Of a stretch of DNA of 64,000 nt, positions 45,266 to 53,575 are shown one piece after another. Made by a program: the position numbers and the translations under genes. This DNA comes from an uncultured Actinomycetes bacterium. Its GTDB lineage: Bacteria > Actinomycetota > JAICYB01. Location: NCBI GenBank assembly GCA_963766295.1, contig CAVXYW010000002.1, forward strand, positions 204,297 through 268,296, given 5' to 3'. The number at the start of each line of letters is the position of its first letter. Position 1 is the stretch's first letter. The notes below the pieces were generated by a model. That model did no database searches and was not told the origin of the DNA. It was given only the letters and a program-made list of their open reading frames with translations.

Positions 45266-46158
45266 CAGACCACGTCCGCGATCAGGCCCTCGGTGCGTCT
45301 AAAGAACCACGCGCCTGAGAGAAGGACAACTATCGCCGTCAGACTTGAAACCAGGAAGGTCAACCCCGGACGCTGTCCGCTTCCTGTCAATGCCCAGCGG
45401 TAACCGTCGATCACGCTGGCCATCGGGTTCAGCAAGTAGAACGAACGCCAGGCGTCCGGAATCTGACTCGTGGGATAGATGACGGGTGAAACGAACAGGC
45501 CGAACTGAAGCAGGAAAGGTACTGCGTATCGGACGTCGCGATACATGGCGTTAAGGGCGGAGGTCCAGAGGCTGACCCCTACTGCGGTTACCACAGACAG
45601 GCCAATGAGTAATGGCAAGACGAGTAAGGCGGCGGTTGGCTCTATGCCGAAATAGAACATCAAAGCGATAAGCATGGTGAAAGCGATCGCATGGTCCATT
45701 AGGGAGGAGAGCGCGAAGGATATCGGCAGCATGACTCGCGGGAAGTAGACCTTCGTGATTAGCGCTTGACTCTGAGCGATGGACTCCGACCCGGCGCTGA
45801 CTGTTGACGTGAAGTATGTCCACGGGAGCAGCGCGGCGTAGTAGAAGACTGGACGTGGCACACCGTCGGTTGGGATCTGTGCTACGCGCCCGAACAAGAG
45901 CGTGAAAGCAATCATCATCAGGAACGGTTGGAGAACCGCCCACCCACCGCCGATGACCGTTTGTTTGTATCGAACCTTGACGTTGCGCCACGCAAAGAAG
46001 GCGAGTAGCTCTCGGTAGGCCCATAGATCTCGAAGTCCCAGACCCATCCAACCCCGCCTAGGACGCAGGATTCGCTCGCGGCTCTCCGGACGCAGAGCGC
46101 GCGTGGCCACCCGGTTTTCCTCTTGCTTCGCACGCTTGACTGAACGAGAGGTCCGCAT
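45265..46158 (-). CDS. wzm: ABC-2 type polysaccharide exporter permease
   Basis: 'YRELLAFFAWRNVKVRYKQTVIGGGWAVLQP' is the hallmark N-terminal block of Wzm/TagG/KpsM permeases, followed by about 6 TM. Start at ATG 46158. The stop overlaps the wzt start (ATGA). Confidence 0.85.
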   Translation of the reverse strand: MRTSRSVKRAKQEENRVATRALRPESRERILRPRRGWMGLGLRDLWAYRELLAFFAWRNVKVRYKQTVIGGGWAVLQPFLMMIAFTLLFGRVAQIPTDGVPRPVFYYAALLPWTYFTSTVSAGSESIAQSQALITKVYFPRVMLPISFALSSLMDHAIAFTMLIALMFYFGIEPTAALLVLPLLIGLSVVTAVGVSLWTSALNAMYRDVRYAVPFLLQFGLFVSPVIYPTSQIPDAWRSFYLLNPMASVIDGYRWALTGSGQRPGLTFLVSSLTAIVVLLSGAWFFRRTEGLIADVV

Positions 46159-46310
46159 GGTCGACCAGCTTAGCGGTCCCAAGGTTGTTGAGAAGGCACT
46201 GTTTCCGGCTTCCACGGGCCACGACGGTGACCGTTTTTCCTCAGCTGATCTCTCTAGCTCAAACGGTAGAGTCTGGCTTGTCCTCTCAACTCGATGAGGC
46301 TGTCGTCGAC

Positions 46311-47459
46311 ATGACAACCGTGAACGACTCCGAAAGAGTTCGCGTCCTCTTGGCCATGGGAACCAGGCCAGAGGTCATAAAGCTCGCACCCGTGTATAAG
46401 TCGATCGCCGCACACAAACACTTGGATCCGATGGTCGTGCTTAGTGGGCAACACAAGGAACACGTTGACGAGGCTCTTGATGCCTTCGATCTGCCGATCG
46501 AGATGGAGTTCAGCGTGATGGCGCCCAGGCAAGGTCTTCTCGATCTGGCACCACGACTCATCGAAGCTGCCGCCGAAGCTCTGGAAAAGACTCAACCCGC
46601 CTATGTCGTGGTGCAAGGCGACACGCTCTCGACCTTCGTGTTCTCGTGGGCTGCATTTCTGCGCGGAATCCCCGTTGCTCATGTCGAAGCCGGTCTGCGT
46701 TCGGGGTCGATCCAGCGCCCCTTCCCGGAGGAAGCGAACCGTCGGCTGACGAGCGCGATAACAGACCTCGATCTCGCGCCAACGCCGCAGGCTCGGGCAA
46801 ACTTGGTTCGCGAAGGGAAGGATCCCGACAGGATTGTGGTTACCGGCCAAACGGGAATCGACGCCGTTCGCGATGTGAGCGCCAGGAGCAGTCTCCCGGA
46901 CTCATTTCCCGCCGGACCCTACGTGACGGTGACCTTTCACAGGCGCGAGAACTGGCCCATTCTCAAGGAACTCGTTGCTGCAGTCGGGCGCTTGGCAACA
47001 CGCCATCCGGATCTACGCATCGTTTTCCCGGTTCATTGGAATCCGGCCGTGCGGGAAGCCGTGTTTCCAGTAGTTGAAGGGATCCCAAACGTTTTGGCGA
47101 TCGATGCGCTTCCTTACACGCACATGTCAGCACTCTTGCGTCGCAGCAAGCTGATCATCACCGACTCGGGGGGTTTGCAAGAAGAAGGTGTCGCGCTGGG
47201 CGTTCCCGTTGTCGTCGCGCGCGAAGTCACCGAAAGACCGGAAGGTGTCGATTCCGGAGGTCTTTTCGTTGCCGGCACGGATCCTGTGGCCATCTTTGAT
47301 GTCGCGCATGGCTTGCTCTCGGGTCAAAGATTCAGAGCTACACGCGGTGCTAGGAACGTTTACGGCGATGGAAAAGCTGGTGCACGGGTGGCACGTGCGA
47401 TCGCCTGGCGACTTGGATTGAATGGTAGGCCGCGTGATTGGTCGCCTCGCACCGGATGA
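46311..47459 (+). CDS. wecB: UDP-N-acetylglucosamine 2-epimerase (non-hydrolysing)
   Basis: 'VRVLLAMGTRPEVIKLAPV', 'VVVQGDTLSTF', 'VAHVEAGLRS', 'PFPEEANRRL' and 'ITDSGGLQEEG'. Start at ATG 46311. Confidence 0.9.
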   Translation: MTTVNDSERVRVLLAMGTRPEVIKLAPVYKSIAAHKHLDPMVVLSGQHKEHVDEALDAFDLPIEMEFSVMAPRQGLLDLAPRLIEAAAEALEKTQPAYVVVQGDTLSTFVFSWAAFLRGIPVAHVEAGLRSGSIQRPFPEEANRRLTSAITDLDLAPTPQARANLVREGKDPDRIVVTGQTGIDAVRDVSARSSLPDSFPAGPYVTVTFHRRENWPILKELVAAVGRLATRHPDLRIVFPVHWNPAVREAVFPVVEGIPNVLAIDALPYTHMSALLRRSKLIITDSGGLQEEGVALGVPVVVAREVTERPEGVDSGGLFVAGTDPVAIFDVAHGLLSGQRFRATRGARNVYGDGKAGARVARAIAWRLGLNGRPRDWSPRTG

Positions 47460-47497
47460 CTGCACGAATGTCCCAAGGCGATCGCGATGGTGGAGAT

Positions 47498-49045
47498 ATG
47501 ATCGAACGCGTGGTCACGCCGACCCGGCTTCCTGGATGGGGTGGACCACAAGAAAAGCGCTCGAAATCCTCGCGGTCTACACGCACTCGCAGGGTTCCAT
47601 TGTGGTTGTCGGCAACGCTTTCTGGAGTGTTGATCGGACTGTTCGCCGCCACCCATCAATTCCTTCTGCCGCTCTGGGCCTTGTTGGTCCTTTCGGTTGT
47701 CGCCTTCTTCGTTCTATACGCCAGCTGGAGGCGACCGGCGTTCGGGCTGATCCTTCTGGTGGTAGGTGTTCCCTTTCAGGAGCTCATCTTCGGTCGCCTG
47801 TTTTCATTGGGGATCCCCCTCGCTTTTCTGGCGCCGGTTCGGTTCTGGAAAGAAGTAATTGTCCTGACGCTGGTTTGTCGAGTCTTAGCCGAGCGGCGCG
47901 AGAGGCTGGACGCGATCGATCGCGCTTCCCTGTGGTTTCTCGGAGTGATCGGTCTCTACTTGGTCATCCCGGTGGGTCCGGCGATAAACCTAAGATTCCT
48001 AGCCGCACGCCAAATTGCGAGCTTCTTGCTCGTTTTCTTTGCGGCTCGGTACCTAGTGCTGGACGGACCTCAGCGTCGGCGTATCGAGAACGCCATCCTG
48101 CTTGTTGGATCGGTGATCGCGGCCTTGGCCTACTGGAATTACTTCGATCCGTCTGGCTGGACCGACTGGGTCATATCGAATCGGATCATGGAATACCGAA
48201 ATGCCGTGGCAGCTGGTCGTGCCGGCGGAACGATAGTCACTCACGGTCAGTTCGGCGGCGAGACCGTGGTCCGAACTGGTTCCCTGCTTCTCAGTCCGCT
48301 GACGCTGCCGTATTACCTGGCCGTGCCGACCACGATCGCCCTTGTGCGATCTATCCGCAGAGCAGCGAGCTGGCCAACGTTGGTCGTCGGGGTGGCCTGT
48401 GCCGGCGCGATCATCTTGACCTACACCCGTAGCGCGATAGTGCTTATGCCCATCGCAGGGCTATTAGCCCTCGCGACCTCTCGGAACAAGGTGCGTCTGG
48501 TTATCGCGATAGTTGCCGGTGTTTTGATCCTTGCGCCGGTGGTTGGCGGATCCGTTCTCAGCGATAGGCTCCGGACTTCCTTTGACCCCGATGATCCGAG
48601 CCGCTCGCTTCATGAGACTCGGGTCAGCGCGGCAGTCGAACGATTGTGGGAGCGACCACTCGGTTCAGGGTTGGCGTCATCTGCTGGGCAAGATTTCCGC
48701 TTCAACGCCGAGGGAAGGATCGTTACGGAGAACTGGTACCTACAAGTGGGCCTCGATCTCGGGATCTTACCCATGCTCCTCGTTGCCTGCATATTCATCG
48801 CCGTTCTCCGGGGGCTCTGGCAACGAGCTCAGGCGGGATCCTCCGTCGCGCTAGCGGGCCTATGCGCATTGGCTTGGGTTGCTTTGGGTGCACTCTTCTT
48901 GCAGCACTTGTCCGACCTGACCGTTTCATGGAGTGTCTGGCTCTTGTCCGGGCTGGCTTACCGAACCGACGAGTCGGACGAGCAAGTGCTTGAACCAGTC
49001 GACAGGACCGCATCGGTGAATCCGGTTCCTGTGGGCAAGCCATAA
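47498..49045 (+). CDS. O-antigen ligase / Wzy_C family polytopic membrane protein
   Basis: About 12 hydrophobic helices. 'ILTYTRSAIVLMPIAGLLAL', the loop 'RVSAAVERLWERPLGSGLASSAG' and 'ENWYLQVGLDLGILPMLL' follow the Wzy_C/WaaL pattern. Start at ATG 47498, preceded by GGAGA. Confidence 0.7.
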   Translation: MIERVVTPTRLPGWGGPQEKRSKSSRSTRTRRVPLWLSATLSGVLIGLFAATHQFLLPLWALLVLSVVAFFVLYASWRRPAFGLILLVVGVPFQELIFGRLFSLGIPLAFLAPVRFWKEVIVLTLVCRVLAERRERLDAIDRASLWFLGVIGLYLVIPVGPAINLRFLAARQIASFLLVFFAARYLVLDGPQRRRIENAILLVGSVIAALAYWNYFDPSGWTDWVISNRIMEYRNAVAAGRAGGTIVTHGQFGGETVVRTGSLLLSPLTLPYYLAVPTTIALVRSIRRAASWPTLVVGVACAGAIILTYTRSAIVLMPIAGLLALATSRNKVRLVIAIVAGVLILAPVVGGSVLSDRLRTSFDPDDPSRSLHETRVSAAVERLWERPLGSGLASSAGQDFRFNAEGRIVTENWYLQVGLDLGILPMLLVACIFIAVLRGLWQRAQAGSSVALAGLCALAWVALGALFLQHLSDLTVSWSVWLLSGLAYRTDESDEQVLEPVDRTASVNPVPVGKP

Positions 49046-49081
49046 GCGGACCTGAGCGACGCGTCTCGATGCTCAAGGCAC

Positions 49082-50182
49082 ATGGGGAAAGGCCAAACGT
49101 TGGATAAGGGTGCGAGAGCACTTCGAGTGCTTCACGTTCTTCGGACGGATCACGGTACGCACGTAGGCGGGGACCTTGTTCAACTGGCGTCGACAGTTGA
49201 AGCTCTGAATCGCCTTGGTGTCGACGCCATCGCATCAACCGTTGAGGATGGTCCCGAAGCAGTCGATGTGGTTCATTTCTACAATGTGATGCGGCCGGCG
49301 GCTCTCGCTTCTGACTTGCGCAGCGCTAAGCGAAGGTGGCCATCCGTACCGTTCGTCTTGTCGCCGATCTATTGGCCTCCCCAAGCACTGGCGATGCTGC
49401 GCTCGCGACGCGGCGCTACGGTTCGTGCAGCCAAGCAAGTGGCCAAAGACTTGCTCTGGTGGCCCGCCATCAGATCCCGGCTGCGAGAGTTCGATCTCGT
49501 GATGCCGAATGCGCCGAGCGAATCCCTGCGATTGGCGAGTCACTTCCGAGTCGCGACCGATGGGCGATGGAGGGTCGTTCCCAATGGGGTCTGGCTCGAT
49601 AAGTGGCAGTGGCTTCGTTCAACACATCGTGCGGAGAGACTGAGCGAATTGGAATTAGACCCCGGATTGCCGACGATCATCGGCTGCGTTGCTCGTCTCG
49701 AGCCCAGGAAGAACCAGTTGGTGCTCTTCGATGCACTGAAGCAAATGGACGATGTCGGCCTGATACTCATCGGTCCGGACGGAGAGAAGGGCTACGCCGA
49801 CGCCGTCAGAGATGCTGCCCGACTAATGAATGGCCGAGTCGCACTAACCGGCCCCCTGGACGCTGAAGGGGTGCGTTCGAGGTTGGGACTCTGCGACATC
49901 CATGTGCTCCCTGCGTTTTACGAAACGCCCGGGCTCGCGAGTCTCGAGGCTGCGGCCGTGGGGTGCGAGATCGTCACGACGCGTATCGGAACGGCCACGG
50001 ATTACTTCGGCGAGTCCGCCCGTTACATCGACCCTTGGTCGGTCGGCTCGATCGTGTCCGCTCTGCGAGCCGCCCAGCGTGAGCCTCTTCAGCCTGGAAC
50101 CAGCGAACGCGCTCGCAGCTACGACTGGACAAATGCGGGAAGGGCGCTGGTTGAAGCCTATGCGAGCTTGAACCTCAGCTAA
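49082..50182 (+). CDS. GT4 (GT-B fold) glycosyltransferase
   Basis: 'RLEPRKNQLVLFDAL' and 'LPAFYETPGLASLEAAAVGCEIVTT'. Confidence 0.8.
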   Translation: MGKGQTLDKGARALRVLHVLRTDHGTHVGGDLVQLASTVEALNRLGVDAIASTVEDGPEAVDVVHFYNVMRPAALASDLRSAKRRWPSVPFVLSPIYWPPQALAMLRSRRGATVRAAKQVAKDLLWWPAIRSRLREFDLVMPNAPSESLRLASHFRVATDGRWRVVPNGVWLDKWQWLRSTHRAERLSELELDPGLPTIIGCVARLEPRKNQLVLFDALKQMDDVGLILIGPDGEKGYADAVRDAARLMNGRVALTGPLDAEGVRSRLGLCDIHVLPAFYETPGLASLEAAAVGCEIVTTRIGTATDYFGESARYIDPWSVGSIVSALRAAQREPLQPGTSERARSYDWTNAGRALVEAYASLNLS

Positions 50183-50209
50183 TGACCGCCATCAGTGCCG
50201 ATCGGTTGG

Positions 50210-51226
50210 CTATAGATCGACATAGACAGTCTTTTTCCATGTGCGCTTCCGGTTGAATTTGCCCCAGGCTCGTCGCGCGGTGTCGGCGGCCAGCACGACC
50301 GGCCCGATCGGCCCTCGAATCATCCACGGCCTTTCATCGAGGTAGGAGACGAGTCGCTTCGGCATCGCGGATTGTGAGCGAAGCCAGGTGTAGCCGGCCC
50401 ATGTCCGGATCTGCCATTTGTCCGGCGCGGGATCGAAGTTGAACCATTCCGGATGGCGCGCGTAGAGACGCTCGAGCATTCCGTCCAAGTCGTCCAGTGG
50501 GAGGCGCCGGACAACGTCCGTTCCCGTGAAGTGCACACCGAGCTGCAAGCAGCGCTCGAGGTGTCCGATCCGTTGATTCTCCGCGGTGTTGAACTCTTGG
50601 TGAGGAGTGAAGCTGGTCAGCTTGTTTCGGAGGCGATCAACACCGCCGAGGTTGTACAGGTGATGCCCGGCAGATCGGAGCGCAGGTTCCGAATTTTTGA
50701 GGCGCTCCGGGTTAGGGGACGCGTCGTGGAGGAGCTCGCTGAGCATCGGTTCGTAGATCTGCGACCGGCGGCAAGCGATCGGCCCGAACAGCCATTCCGT
50801 GTTCATCACCCAGTTTGCGAAGAAGAGGGAGTTCCGAAGTCCGAGTCGTACGGGGGTTAGTTGGTTCTCACGAAGCCGGGCGATGATTTCGCGATGCGGA
50901 ATCTCGTCGACATCTCCGATTATCAGGACGTCGTCGGGTGAACCATCAATGATGTGGTCTCGCAAAGCTCGACGGTGCTCGTTCTCGCGATGCCAGGCTG
51001 ACGGGGCGTCAGGGCTGATTTCAGCGACAACCAATTCGATCTTGTGTGCGTAGGAACCGAAGAGCCAAAGATTCTCTGCGGCCACAAGCGGTTTGGGAAG
51101 GCCCATATGAGTGATCGCGCTTTCCACGATCACGAACCTGTCAACAACGGGATCAAGTTCTTCGATTCGAAACCGAAGCATGTCGATCTCGTCGTTGAAC
51201 ATGAAGCAGTCCCAGACCTCGGGCAT
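50210..51226 (-). CDS. glycosyltransferase family 17-like protein (GnT-III-type fold)
   Basis: 'VWDCFMFNDEIDMLRFRIEELDPVVDRFVIVESAITHMGLPKP' and 'LIIGDVDEIP' follow the GT17 N-terminal signature (D-x-F-x-F-x-N-E-x-D-x-L...VD-x-F-V-I-V-E). Confidence 0.75.
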   Translation of the reverse strand: MPEVWDCFMFNDEIDMLRFRIEELDPVVDRFVIVESAITHMGLPKPLVAAENLWLFGSYAHKIELVVAEISPDAPSAWHRENEHRRALRDHIIDGSPDDVLIIGDVDEIPHREIIARLRENQLTPVRLGLRNSLFFANWVMNTEWLFGPIACRRSQIYEPMLSELLHDASPNPERLKNSEPALRSAGHHLYNLGGVDRLRNKLTSFTPHQEFNTAENQRIGHLERCLQLGVHFTGTDVVRRLPLDDLDGMLERLYARHPEWFNFDPAPDKWQIRTWAGYTWLRSQSAMPKRLVSYLDERPWMIRGPIGPVVLAADTARRAWGKFNRKRTWKKTVYVDL

Positions 51227-51278
51227 CGGCCAATGATAGTGGGGGACTAATCAGATGAAGCAGGGGATGCGGCGGTGT

Positions 51279-52322
51279 TCAACCGACGAACAGCGCGTAG
51301 GGGTTGGTGGTTGGATCCCGATGCGATTGGATCCAGTGCCGCTTGCGCCGGGCATAGCGAGCAAGTCGTGCGAAACGAGTTACGGCCGACCCCAGTCTTT
51401 CGAGTCCAACAGCGACTGCCCAAGCGGATGCCTCGGCCCCCAGCCACGGAAGGACATCCTTTGCCAGCTGACGTGAGGTTTCGTTCTTGATAAGGGTCAA
51501 TCGGTGATTGCAGAAACTAAGAGCACGGGTCCAAGCCGGCGCGCTTCTTCGCTGGCGTAGCAGCTCGCGCGCCGTACGTCCCTGTCCGCGTCGGAGGGTT
51601 CGGTTGTGCTTTGCGATAGCGCTGGGAGCGTAAGCACAACTCCAGCCTCTCAACTGCAGGCGCCACGCGAGGTCAAGATCGCACTTGTAGATGAAATACG
51701 TCTCGTCCAGATACTCGACGCCGTCACTATCGAGACCGGGTGGATTGAAGCTGCGCGGAACCGCTACATCCTCGAGAGCAGAACGTCTGTAGAGAGCCAC
51801 GGCGCCGTCGACCCCGAAGACTCGCTCGCGGGCCTCGTATTGCCCAACGTCATCTTCACCTTGGCCTCGGGGAAGGAAGAGCCTTCGGCGCGTTGCCAAA
51901 AACCCCGTTGTGTCGATGAAGTTCTCGCCGGAAGCATCGTCTTTAGGCGTCAGAAGTTTCCCTTGGACGGAGCCAACGGAAGGATCAACCAACTCGGGAA
52001 GTGCCTGGGTCAGGAACTTTGGATCGAGCCGTGCATCGGCATTGACCAGTAAGACGAAGTCACTTTGACTGCTGCGTAAGGCCTCGTTGTGGCCGCGAGC
52101 GAACCCCACGTTTTCCCCACGTGTGACATTGAACGACTGGCGATCGTTAATCGTTCGGCCCGCCGACTCTATGGCGCGAAACTGTTCGTCGTCTTGACCT
52201 TGCTCGCGTACCTGGACGTCGAGTGACCCGTCCAACTCGAGCGCCAAGACGGAACGTACGCAATCGCCTATCGAGTCGGCGTCTTGATACGCGAGGATGC
52301 TCGCAGTAACAGTCGGGCTCAC
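51279..52322 (-). CDS. GT2 family glycosyltransferase
   Basis: 'NVGFARGHN', 'FVLLVNADARLDP', and 'FGVDGAVALYRRSAL...DLDLAWRLQLRGW', typical of rhamnosyltransferase-like GT2s. Confidence 0.8.
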   Translation of the reverse strand: MSPTVTASILAYQDADSIGDCVRSVLALELDGSLDVQVREQGQDDEQFRAIESAGRTINDRQSFNVTRGENVGFARGHNEALRSSQSDFVLLVNADARLDPKFLTQALPELVDPSVGSVQGKLLTPKDDASGENFIDTTGFLATRRRLFLPRGQGEDDVGQYEARERVFGVDGAVALYRRSALEDVAVPRSFNPPGLDSDGVEYLDETYFIYKCDLDLAWRLQLRGWSCAYAPSAIAKHNRTLRRGQGRTARELLRQRRSAPAWTRALSFCNHRLTLIKNETSRQLAKDVLPWLGAEASAWAVAVGLERLGSAVTRFARLARYARRKRHWIQSHRDPTTNPYALFVG

Positions 52323-53434
52323 CGAACGAGCCGTCGAGCCTCGAGTTCTGCGGTTGCCGTGCCTACATCGTCGCGGGCGGTTTCAGACCCAACCCATTCG
52401 AGTAGCTCTGGTATGCCGTAGGCCAGATCCACGGATGGTTCATAACCGAGACGATCTCGGGCGCGGCTGATATCAGCCACGCAATGCCGGATGTCTCCTT
52501 CTCTGAAGCGGTTGACGAACTCGGGCGCAATCTCAAGCCCCAAACCACTGGCGAGAAGGTGAGCGACTTCTTCAATCGAGGTTCGCTTGCCGGTCCCGAC
52601 ATTCACTGCCTGGTAGTCACAACCGTCTGAGGACAAGGCAAGGAGATTTGCGCGGACTATGTCGCTAACGTGCACGAAGTCGCGCGTCTGACGGCCGTCT
52701 TCGAAGATCATCGGGGGGTTTCCGTTCAGTAGGCGAGCCGAAAATATCGCGCATACCCCCGTGTAGGGATTCGAGAGTGCTTGTCCTGGGCCGTAGACGT
52801 TGAAGTACCGCAAAGCAACAGTCGGAAGGTCGTAGGCCCGTCCAACCACTAGGCATAGCTGTTCTTGATCTTGCTTGGTGATCGCGTAAACCGAGGTGGG
52901 TTCGGCTTCCTTTTGTTCCGTTGTCGGGATCGGGTCCACCTGGCTACCGCAGTTCGGACACGCTGGTTCCCATCGTCGCTCGAGCAGCTGTTCTACAGGG
53001 CGCGATCCAACGATCACCGGGCCGCAATTGGGACAACGATATTCGCCCTCTCCGTACAGTGACATCGACGAAGCAACTATTAATTTTCGGATCTCGTCTC
53101 TGCGTTCCAGGAGTGCGTCGAGAAGTACTGCGGTTCCGTAAGTGTTGGCTTCGACGTAGCGAGTCACTTCATACATCGACTGACCAACACCAACTTCAGC
53201 CGCTTCATGAAACACGACATCGATGTCCTGCAGGCTTCGTCGAACGAGGTCGGCGTCACGGATGTCACCCACGACGAGTTCGACGTCGTCATTCTGGGAC
53301 TCGATCCGATCCGATCCATGAACCTGTTCCACCAGACGGTCAAGAACCCGAACGGTGTGGCCCTCCAGCAGTAAGGCCTTAACGAGATGGCTTCCGATGA
53401 AGCCGGCGCCCCCGGTGACAAGGATCCGGCTCAT
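52319..53434 (-). CDS. NAD-dependent sugar epimerase/dehydratase (extended SDR) with an inserted 2 x CPNCG zinc-ribbon
   Basis: 'MSRILVTGGAGFIGSHLV' and catalytic 'YAITKQDQE' (YxxxK). The insert 'GEGEYRCPNCGPVIVGSRPVEQLLERRWEPACPNCGSQVDPIP' lies between the Ser and Tyr regions. Start at ATG 53434. Confidence 0.85.
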   Translation of the reverse strand: MSRILVTGGAGFIGSHLVKALLLEGHTVRVLDRLVEQVHGSDRIESQNDDVELVVGDIRDADLVRRSLQDIDVVFHEAAEVGVGQSMYEVTRYVEANTYGTAVLLDALLERRDEIRKLIVASSMSLYGEGEYRCPNCGPVIVGSRPVEQLLERRWEPACPNCGSQVDPIPTTEQKEAEPTSVYAITKQDQEQLCLVVGRAYDLPTVALRYFNVYGPGQALSNPYTGVCAIFSARLLNGNPPMIFEDGRQTRDFVHVSDIVRANLLALSSDGCDYQAVNVGTGKRTSIEEVAHLLASGLGLEIAPEFVNRFREGDIRHCVADISRARDRLGYEPSVDLAYGIPELLEWVGSETARDDVGTATAELEARRLVR

Positions 53435-53504
53435 CGCGATTCGCCTTCTGTCGAGAGGGCGAGGGCGTATCGATTCGTGGTGGTCATATCTGCGAGCCGT
53501 TCCT

Positions 53505-53540
53505 CTGTGGCCTGGCGGAGACTGCTGCAGTCTGCCACAG
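53505..53540. other. nested inverted repeat in the 141-bp spacer between two minus-strand glycan genes
   Basis: CTGTGGC(53505-53511)...GCCACAG(53534-53540) encloses AGACT-GCTGC-AGTCT (53519-53533). There is no flanking T/U tract. Confidence 0.3.
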
Positions 53541-53575
53541 GCCGAAACCATTTCTTTCGACAGGGTGTTCGTTCT

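Noticed and set aside
43931-51226. Impression of lower G+C (possible horizontally acquired core) in the wzt-GT17 segment
   Set aside because: Hand counts gave ~54-55% in two samples here, against ~58-60% in three samples elsewhere. This is too small and too sparsely sampled to call without a sliding-window GC or codon-usage computation.
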